Source of the DNA: Paragordius varius
Taxonomy: Eukaryota > Animalia > Nematomorpha
DNA length: 64,000 nt
Direction: 5' to 3'
NCBI GenBank assembly: GCA_964247055.1
Contig: OZ176053.1
Coordinates: 1,116,001-1,180,000, forward strand
The position numbers were made by a program, and so were the translations under genes. The notes below the pieces were generated by a model that was given only the letters and a program-made list of their open reading frames with translations, did no database searches and was not told the origin of the DNA. The stretch's first letter is position 1; every line of letters begins with the position of its first letter. Below, one piece after another: positions 53,186 to 64,000 of the stretch.

Positions 53186-56100
53186 TGGAGAAATGGAATA
53201 AATTAATACAATTATTTATAATTTTTATTTTTTTTGTCTTTGCCTTTTTTTGAAAAGTATAATACGTAAAATATGCATTTTATTATAACGATAAAAATCA
53301 TTTTTTGAAGCCATTTTTTCGGCCTATCAGGTCTTTCGTGCTTTGCCTTCAAAGCTGCTTGAATTTATTCTCAAAGGAATAATTAGATATTTATACATAG
53401 TGTGTTTAATCATAATTATATCTTTATTAGATTATTAATTTTGCAAACAATTATTTTATTATTATTATCATGAATGTCCAAAAATTTTGCTTATCATTAA
53501 AATGAAATATTAATATGATTTACGAAAATATGAATCTATATATTTCGGAGACGAAATTAATTTATACAGGAAAAATAGCATGCATACTTTCCTCAAACCA
53601 AATAATAAATGATATAGAAATTCTTGTAATTTAGCGCGCAAAAAATTTTTGGTATTTAAAAAAAGTTAACTTAAAATTTTTAATTTAGAAAAGAAGATGG
53701 CATCGGAACCAGTAGGATATTTTGTCAAAAAGAGTAAAATAATTCATAAATTTAATAATATTTATCCTTTCTAAAAAAATTATGACAGTATTGCTTCAAT
53801 TTCTTCAATTTAGTATACTTGAGCAAGTCTATAAATTATAAAGCTGAAATTATCAAACTTCAAAAATTGGATATTAAATTGTTTCTATTTATTAAAATAT
53901 TATTTTAGTAAAAGCAATTTAATCAAACTAAAAGCGTGATAATAGACTATAAATAATGGATAAGCGCGCAATGCAATTATATTGAAATGTCGAAGGAATT
54001 TAGAAATTATTTCACCCATTAGAAGCGCCAGATATCATAATTTGTATTAATTGTGCTTCACAAATGATATTAAAAAGTTTTGTCATCAAAGAGAATATAT
54101 ATTCGCTTCGAATTACTAAGCATTAATAAATATCATTTGATTGCATTATATCTATATCGGTATTAAATGGGCATATTGTCCATTTTATTTTGAAATTTAA
54201 ATTTTTTTCCCTAATATCTCTTGTTATTAAAGAAGGTTAATAAGTCAAATCTGTAGTATATTAAATGAAATATTACCATTATATATAACGGGTAAATTTT
54301 TCAGAATATGAACGTAAAAACTTGAATTAAATTTAATTGTAATAAATATTAGATTATGCTGTGTAGTTAAAAAAAATGAATACTAAATGGAATTTGACGT
54401 ATCTAACGAGTTTAACAACGATCTAGCGAATATTCGTTTTTTAGATACTTTAATAATTTTTATAACACTTAATTACCCGAAGATATAGCCAAAAAATTCT
54501 ATACCTTTTAGGCGCATTATTTAAAAAAATTAAGATGTAAAATTGCAAAAAATCCTCATCTCAAACTTTTTGCCGCCTAACCATTTAAAGTGGTAAAATG
54601 TTTAATTACGTTTTTATATATCGTAATTACGATAAATGATTCTATTATAGGTAAATTACAACGTTAATTTTAGTGACAATAAAGATTGGTTAAAATTTCA
54701 AAATTAATTTATACTAAAGGCAATTAATATTTAGGGTATTAAATAAAAATAATATAAAGATCTACCATATACAGTCCATTTCGCCTATTTTATATTTAAA
54801 CATATTTTAGATGACTGATTCACTAATAAATAATAGGTTACATTCCCTAAAAGGGTCATAAAACTTTTTTTTGGCATTCATTTAGTATAAAAGACAAAGA
54901 GCAAAAATGCAATTAGACCATTTAATCAACATAACATAATATATTAATGTTAACAAAATATTATCGCTTCCCATTTCCGCGCAACACAAAAGAGGCCATT
55001 CCACATATATATTCCTGAAATATAATTATTAAAATTATTAATAGGGTCCCCTATTTCCTTTCGGGTGTCTTTATGATGTTTAAAATCTAAAAAGCAAAAA
55101 TTAGCTGGTAAAAAAACGTATATTCTCAGAGGTAGAATAATGCATTTTCAGTGCATTAATTATACCAGCTAATTTATAATTTTATTTTATTAATAATTCT
55201 GGTGGTAATTAAAGTTTGTATGACAATTATATTAGATTATATTATGGTATGTTATGTAATAATGTTATGTTAATTGAAAGAATGAACCACTATTTTTTCA
55301 TTAATTTTCGTTTTTTTTACTAATAGCTATTAATTGATTTCCTTTATAATTATTGTGTGTCCATTAAAATAATCAAACACTTTATATTATTAGTGGTATT
55401 AATATATAATGCGTATTGTTCACTCTTTTCAAATTTTCGCTCGATATCTCTAATGATATAATCCAAAAAAAGTTAGATAGTTAGTTATTTGCTAATATAA
55501 ATTAATGGTAGATGGCTATAATTCTAGCCTCCTTCATTAATAAAATGCAATTTTATACTCTATTGTCATTCCCACTGACCACAGAGATAAAAAAACAATT
55601 AACATTTAGATATTGGATGATACCATGTGACAAATTACATTGAAATTAAAAATGCATCAAATAATTTGATATAAAACTAAATATATATAGCCTTTTTTCA
55701 TAAAAGTTATTCAATTTCACACCTTAGTTTGAGTGTAAATGATGAGATTAAATCTTTTAAAAGCAGAAAATACCATTAATTAATAATTTCCCAGAGAATC
55801 CCTTCTCTCCCCTAACACTAATTATAAAAATTTATTTATACCTGAAAATATTAACAGGTAAATCAATTGACCCACTTAAGTCAAGGGTGATTTAAACAAT
55901 ATAATTTTAATATAAATATGTTATTGAGATGTATAAAAGAAAATAAGTATTATATTATTAGAAACATTAAAAAACTTTAAGAAAGATTTTATACTAAAAC
56001 TTTTTTAATGATTAAAATTGTAAAAAAGCAATCTAAATCAGTGATTACAATCAATTAAATGGATCTTGTGTTGAATTTTAACACTATTTTCTCACGAATT

Positions 56101-56640
56101 CCCCCCTTCACACTTTCTTTGTATGGACACAGAAGAGAAAAACTACATATAACTAGTATATATTTTTATTCGACTAAAATAATTAATACTTGGATTATAT
56201 GATTATAATATTGAGTGATTTCTTATTAAAGTGTCAAGTTTTTCTTTTTAAATGACAATATTGACCTATTTTGTAAGTATATATAAGGCTAATGTTATCT
56301 CTACCGGTTTAATTAATAACTGCTGATATAATCAGTGTTGACCTCAAAATTAATCATTTTATTATATGTGATCGTTGTAAGGTGTTGTATTGTGTCACAA
56401 ATATTGACATTACTATGCAAATTCAGTAAATAAGGAAGTAGGTATAACTTTTAAGTAAAACATGATTAGATATTTAGAAATATATTATATTACGTAAAAT
56501 TAAATCTTAATAATTTTCATGTAAAAATTTAATTATCATTAAAATATAAAAACTTGATTTAAAGCATTATTAACGATAACAAGATAATCAATATTACCCA
56601 AAAACTTTTAAAATTTTAAATTATAGGACATTTTATAAAA

Positions 56641-56676
<36 letters not shown>

Positions 56677-59600
56677 CAATAATCTCAAAGCTAAATAAGA
56701 AATATTAAAGAGTAGAATTAAATTTATAAAATATCATTTTTAATTATTAAGCGATTTACCCTAAATCCAATTCATATATTTATATTTTAAAAATACCTTT
56801 GATAGGAATATCCAACAAGATTCATCAAATATTATTTGTAGAAAATATGGTTTCCTTCAGTCCCCAATTAATTGTGTTTGGCTTTTAATGCTAAAAAATG
56901 TAAATAAATTTAAAATCTCTGATAAAAAATGTTAAAAGATGCGTTGTAAAATATTACAGTCAATTAACCCAAAAATTAATTTTTTTTTTGGGGGGGGGGG
57001 AAGGAAAACAGAATGACAGCCACAAAAAATGTGTGACAATTAATTTAATTAATTAATTTTTATTCCCATTCTTCATCAATACATACGTAAAAAAAATATT
57101 TTTTATAATTAAAATTAATTAGTTTAATGTTATTATTACAAAGTGGTGGATTTATGCAAAATAAAGTTAGATTGACAATTAATTTTGTCGCACACAGAAA
57201 AAGCACCAAGAAAGTGGAGAAAGAAAGGTAAAGGGATTAATCCACATAATAACTTAACTTGTTACTTATAAAAATTGTGTAATCTAATTAAAAAATTAAA
57301 TATTTAATCAATAATAATATTTAACAGAAATTTTTATTTTTTTCCAAAAAGTGATAATTTTTAAAACCAACAAAAATATATGCTAAATCATTCGTCAGGA
57401 AATTAAAATCATCCATAATTAAAATTAAATTTGATTATGAATTAAAAAATTCTTACACAAAATATTCTAATATTAGAAATGAGAATAAGTCCATAAATAT
57501 AAAATTTTGGATAAAATTCAAAAAATTTTCCATAGAAAATAGGAATGATAAGGGGGGACCCTTGTCTGTAAAATAAAGGACTGGTCTAAAAATTATACAA
57601 AATTTTAAAATGTGGTTGCATAATGATAATATATAACAAAAAATTATCTTTTTCTTATTTTAATAATCGCAGGAAAAATTGTACAGAAATACAAGGTGCT
57701 TCCTTTACAATTATTTGGAAAAAATACCCCAAAGCTTTTCGTTACTCAAGAAAAAAAAATGTTTAATTGTGGATTTAATTAGCAAGCATACAATGAGAAA
57801 GATAGATAGCATGCAAAAAACATAAGTTTTTTAATTATTTTTTTTTATCTCTAAAATAGCCATGTGCCTCCCCCCCTTCTCTAAAACAACAACATATAAA
57901 ATCCCAAATTCCCAAAATTTTAATTCTTCACAATGGCACAAGGCACAAAAAATGGAAGCAATCTTAATTAATTAATATCCATCCATGCTATGTAAATATA
58001 ATATGAATCAGTAAAAAGATATGTAAAAATTTGCCTTTACATGTAATGTTTTGGGGTGGATTGCATTGCTCACATAGCACAGAATATGAATAGAATGGAA
58101 AATAAATTTGTTTTATAAAGCTAATTAGTTGTTTATGAAGGGTTAAAGTTATGGTTTCCTTTGATGAAACTAAAGATAAAGTATCTATCTCTCTCGTAAT
58201 TAGTAATTATATTAAAGAGGGGAATATACGTAAATTAAACGAAACGAATAACTTGGTAGATATCTAAAAAAAGAGTTTTAAAAATATGAGTGGGTTAGCC
58301 TAAATTTGATTGCTGTTTAGTTTAGCCATAATGTTTTATGATGAAGGTTATAACCATATCAATGTAATGCTTTTTATATATATTAAAGTTAGTTAGTTAG
58401 ATTGTTGTTAGGTAAATTAAAGTTGGTTTTATATATATAATTTCCCCAAAATTAACATTGCCCGGTCAGTTTACCTGTACGCTTTAGAAGTTATTTATAT
58501 CAAAAAAAATTTTGCATAAGCTTTTTTTTGTTAATATATATATGCTAAAGATAAAGTTAATTAGCTGGTCCACATTTCATAACTTTTAAGATTAAAGATG
58601 TTTTTATGTTTTGCTATTTTTCCAAATTATTTAAGATTTCCAAATATAATTTAATAGTATATACTAAAATTTGGACAATTACTAATTGTCTTGTTTAACA
58701 TAGCATAGCATAAAGGACATCTGACTATCTGATTAATTTAATATAAGATACTATGCTATGCTATGGTATGCTTGTATAATTTTAATTATTATGTGGAGAA
58801 TTTGGGTGTAATTATAAAGACTATCTTTGCAAAAAAATATAAATTGTTTATGTTCCCTTTATGAACTCAAGCTTGGTTCTTGATATATATTTCTAAGAGG
58901 GTTAGGACAGTCTATTTTTAATTTTCAGGGAATTTAATTAAAAAAGCACGAAAAAAAAGGACAAAATGAATACCCAACCAACTACAGTGGTGTTGGGGTA
59001 GAGAGCGACACACAAAAATTATAATTACAGCACAAAATAAATATTTTGTATTATATAAGATAAAAAACTCTCGTTTTTTTTTTCAAAGTAAAATTAATTA
59101 AAATATTTGTTTTAGGGCAAATAAGGAGGAGAAAGCATGCTATGTTTCTGAATATAAATTAGACTCTATTGTATAAGGATTGTAACCATATTTTCAAAAT
59201 TGAAAATCCAAAGGTTGCATAATATAGAATTCCCTTATTAGTGAATTAATTAATAATGTTCCACCTAATATAAATTGATTGCCAGTTTTTTTACCACTAC
59301 TAATTAAAATAATTATAATTACGGCGTAATTCCCCAATGATTAAACGAGTTAATGGCTTGTAAAATATTTGAATTTAAAACAAAAAAAGCATAGAACAAG
59401 TAGGATTTTTTTAGTTTTCAATAAATTCCCTCAAAAAAATTGATTGATCAAATGCTTAAAAACTTAAATTAAACGCCTAATCTTAAAGTCCAATATTTTT
59501 GTGCAAAATTTTGATGAAAAACATTTATACAAAACGGATATTTTGCTAGGAATATAATAATTGCTTAATATGCAAATAATACTGTTTAGATAGGCTAACG

Positions 59601-62600
59601 AAAAACGAACGCTTATGATAGAAGAACTTTAAATTTGAAAAACTAATCCCAAAACTAATTATTAAAAAATGTAAAATGATATTTTTGTTAGGGGTCCAAT
59701 TTATTTAAGCATTATCATTAAGGACTGTGATATTTTATGCTTTTTTAAAGACCAAAATCCTTCACTCCTAAATCGTTTTATTTTTGACTTTAAACAACTA
59801 ATTAATATGTAAATTATTATTCTTTCTTTAAATTATTATCCTTTTCGATTATAAAAGTTTAGTATAATAAAGCTTTTTAGCTAAAAATATATATTTTAAA
59901 AGTAATTTTACGACTAAGATTTTTAACTAATATCAGCATGTGTGAAACACACAAAATATTTGGTGTTTTTTGTTTTTGGGTTTATGATATTTACTTCATA
60001 TTTAGCCGAAATTGAAAAAGCGCAATCGCATGTATTTGATATTCTGAATATAAATTTATAAAAATATATTATAATATGTTCCAGTGGGCTTAAAAAGGGT
60101 TAAAAACATAAATGCTTTTTTTGATTCAGCCAAAAAGCTCCATTTAATATTAAATAGAGATCTCTCCTTATTACTGATTTTTACTAAATTAACTAAAGCG
60201 AACTGGAAAAGTATATCTATGGGCCTTTAGTGCTCGTTTGACTATTATCCCAAATAGCTAAAAAACTATATTTAGCTCAAGAATGTTAAAATTAATTAAT
60301 GCAACCATTCAAAATTAATAATCTTATATAAGGTTAAATTTTTATACCAATTTTTGATATATATAAATCGTGTTTTTAATCTCAATTTTTTTATAACCCT
60401 TCGGGGTTTTGTTTTTAAAATTGTAGATTTATTTGCCTCTTTTGGCAGTAAAAACGGTTTCAAATTGCCAAAAGATTCGGTTTTACAAAATAATTTCGAT
60501 TTTAATCGCTTTCGATATTATGTAACATAAGATAATCGGACGAATATCAAAATAGATTTTGGAAAACTTTTTAAATATTTAGGCTTTGATTAGAAGTCAT
60601 TTTCTTTGGTTTTATACGATATTTTTTAAGTACAATTTGAGAATATTATTGTCAATAATTAATGATGTTCCAATCTTTTAAACATAAACCTTAACTATTA
60701 TTAATGATTTCTGGAAATGGAAAATATTTTGAGATCCACATTGGATTAATTTCTGAGATTTTAGGCTTCAAATTATCTTTTTTTTAATTTAAAAAATATT
60801 ATATGTTTTATAAAAATAAATATATTAATATTATTTTTTGTGTTTGCAAAAACTTATAGATAGTTCTTATGAAAAAAAATGCATTAAAAGTATCCCCAGC
60901 AAGCTATATATTATATAATATATTAATACAAATAAATGATAATTTGACATTTAATTATTATTATTTTTTCTTATTATTTACAACCATTAGAAAGAAAAGT
61001 GATATGTTATTGCCATTAAAAATTTGAAAGTTTTAGCTTTTTTTTCAATTAATATCCAAAATCCATTTTATTCCAATAATATATTGTGATGAAAAAATAA
61101 TATTACGTATTTTAAGATGTTTTTCCTAAACACAAATGTAAAAAAGTATTTTATCTGTTTTTTTAATTAAAAAACTTACTAAAATCAAAACTTTATTTCA
61201 CCCTACTTTGAAAGAATGATAAAACTTAAAATTTTTTGATTTTAATATTGATGTTTTAATTTGATTGTTTTGAGTTAGTGTGTTGTTGAGTTGACACATG
61301 TCCTAATTAATATTTATTAAAATTTTGTTGATTATTACGGATAAATTCACAAAAATTTAATTAAGAAATTACCAAAGAAGAAACACAGGCAAAGAAAGAA
61401 AAAAACTTATCTATGCAAATCTTTTTTTTATGTCAAAAAAAATGTTTAAATGTTATGAGTCGATTCAAAATTCAGTTTTCTGTTAATTTTAATGGGAAAT
61501 TATATAGTAATAAATGTAACATTATTTCAAGCGCTTGGTCATGCAAATAAAATGCCATATTGCTTAACCTTTGACCATTTATTTGAATGTTATGCATATT
61601 GAGTCAAAAATAATTGAAATAATATATCCATTTGCGATGATCAAACCTTTACCTATAAGAATTATATTTGGTGACTCAAAAAGAAATAAGTGATAGTGAC
61701 AACCAAACTAGGTTGTTTTAAAATGTGTAAATTAGTAAATACCGGTTAGTTACTGTATAAGTACTCTGTAAGCTTCTAAAGTAATTAAAATTATAACTGG
61801 TTAAAACTCAATATCTAGACAAAAATGATAGTTAGATACTTAACGTAATCTTTTTTCGAAAATAAAATTACTATTATTTAATTTTTATATTTCGAGGTGG
61901 AACAGTTACATATTGTAATTCTGAGAAAAAGCCATATCGTTTTTCCTACAACTTATATTTCGTTTGGTAAATAAAATGTGCTTTCGTTAAAAAATTGAAT
62001 TCCCCCAAACACCCAATTAAATAACTGATCCAATCAAAATATTATCTTGGAACTTTTTAAAATGGAATAAAATAAATAAATGGGCGTAAATCAATCATTG
62101 TTATATTAAATAACTTAAATAAAACTAAAATACCGTTACAGCTCGTTGTTAGTCAAAAATACCGTGCTTTTTATAGCTTTTCCTGTGCGATTTTAGATCT
62201 TTCCCGCCTCTTATAAACAAATCCAAGAACCAGAGACCCCTAGAATTTTTTGTTAAAGCCTTATATAGTCGGGTTGGATTTTAAATGGTTTGAATACCGG
62301 TTCTAAATCAGTTTTCACAAATCAGTACCGATTTCGGTTATTGAATATTGGTGGTAACTATCGCCTAAAATTAAACGGGGTCTTGTGGACTTCAAAAATA
62401 TTATCATTCATTTTAGTTACTAAATATATGCTGATGGAATAATAAAATAAATATATGGAAGTTATGATTAATTTAATTTGTAGTCTTAAAAAAATTAATT
62501 ATTTTTCTCTTTTTTTTGCTTTTCTCCATAAATATTAATGAAATCAAACAAGAAATTCCAATATAAATTATAAATTATAAAAGTCTATTTTTCCTGATTA

Positions 62601-63304
62601 AAAATCAGTAAACTGCTATATATATATATATATATATATATGTAATTTGGCTTGTGTTGTCAATTGATAAGAAATATCACTAAGATAATTTCCATTCGTA
62701 TAAGACAAAAATATAAATTAATATACTACTGTGTGTTTGTCAAAAAAAACAACTCAGAATACAGCATTAAGGAAAATTTTTCTGTCCATTTTTAATCACT
62801 AACGTGATTTTTGCTTTTACTATACTGCAAAAGTTCTAGAAAATTAAATCAGAATATTAGTTTTTTTTTCTGTGATTTTTTGATTAAAAAAAATTCTATC
62901 AGTTTTTCGTATAAAAAAAATTAAGTTAATCGTAGACTTTTTTTTATAATTTTAATTATTTGTAAAACCAAAAAAAAACGTTTTCCCCTTATCCTATGAT
63001 AAGTTTTGATTTTATTTTATTATGATTATATTGTGTAAAGTAAGTTGAGTTAAGTTAATATTAAATGGTTGCTAAATTAATATTCATTCCGTGTATTTAT
63101 TATTAGCAAGCGATCGACTTAAAGTCCACACAACAATACTTTGAGACCTCTGAAATAGATAACAAAAAATATTTTTAATTTATTTATTGGTGGAAAATAA
63201 AATTAAAAAAAAATCCAATCAAATCCCACATATATAAAATATATGTTTTCCCTAAAAGTGTTATAATGTTTTAGATTGTTTTTGAACCGTAAATGAATTT
63301 CAAA

Positions 63305-63344
<40 letters not shown>

Positions 63345-63431
63345 CTATAAAATATTTTTATATTTAGAATTTTAGAACTAATAATGGCTTAAATCCTTCC
63401 TACATTAACCAGTATAATATTTTTGAGGTTT

Positions 63432-63715
63432 TGCAGTATAAAATGGAATTATACGGACAAAGAAATATTTTTATCTCAAAGAAACAACCATACTTTTAAA
63501 ACCTTAATTTTTCTCATAGGAGCTATTTAGTTACAATTGTTAAATATAGAATTGATTGTGTTAGTAATATATATCTCTATTTCACACTTTGCCATTTAAA
63601 ATAATGTGTTATACTTAAATTAAATCAAGGTTTAAAAAGTATGGGGTTGTCTTTTAAAAAAAAATTTGTCTTTACATTTTTACGTTTTGTCCGTTTAATT
63701 AAAGTTTTTACTGTA
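63432..63715. mobile_element. MITE family copy 5
   Basis: CAGTATAAAATGGAATTATACGGACAAAG...AAACAACCATACTTTTAAAACCTT left arm; AAGGTTTAAAAAGTATGGGGTTGTCTTTTAAAAAAAAATTTGTCTTTACATTTTTACGTTTTGTCCGTTTAATT...TTTTTACTGTA right arm. Confidence 0.75.
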
Positions 63716-64000
63716 AATTATATATTAGTCTAATCCTTTATTTTAATTTTGTGATTTTAATTGTTTTACAAAATATTATCATATAATAATAGTTGCGTTT
63801 GCATTTAGCTATGAATTATTAAGTCATAATTATTATAATCAAATTAAAAATAAATTAAAATTTCGAATAATAAAAATTAATTATTTTTGAGTTTTTGAGA
63901 TTTCCAAGATGTCTCTTTTTAACGCGCGCGCTTTCATAATTCCAATCACATAATAAAACTACAAACGAGGGAATTTAATTATTAAAAGCAAAATAATTTT

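Noticed and set aside
52642-53253. ORFs 52642-52851 and 53062-53253 (also 50234, 51440, 38094, 40264, 40494)
   Set aside because: Low-complexity I/Y/F/K-rich translations of AT-rich DNA, TA repeats or MITE sequence.
1-64000. CRISPR arrays, rRNA, tRNA or conserved miRNA genes
   Set aside because: No regularly spaced repeats, cloverleaf/T-loop contexts or recognisable mature sequences were found by eye.

Overview
Very AT-rich animal (invertebrate-like) genomic DNA with mostly ~80-110 bp introns, a few large introns and many decayed transposons; the species cannot be named from sequence alone. Genes reconstructed by hand with phase-compatible GT-AG junctions: (1) two tandem, intact, four-exon paralogues on the minus strand (3455-4151 and 6146-6827), each encoding a 130-aa secreted protein that I do not recognise and that loosely resembles a shortened CUB domain; (2) an NBL1/DAN-family BMP-antagonist gene on the plus strand (12511-13531), invisible to the ORF track, that appears to lack one conserved cysteine; (3) a globin on the minus strand (18967-19643, possible upstream exon 24065-24311) whose globin domain has no introns; (4) a large zfh2/ZFHX3-4-type zinc-finger homeobox gene on the minus strand (26302-49053, 11 coding exons found, ~3,700 aa, four homeodomains), followed by ~15 kb with no coding sequence. 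Mobile elements: a Ty3/gypsy pol relic with a candidate mini-LTR, a hAT/Buster-type element with a perfect 8-bp TSD, a ~1.7 kb long-TIR Tc1-like relic, an RTE-like LINE relic, and at least five copies of a ~280-bp MITE. No rRNA, tRNA or CRISPR array was found.
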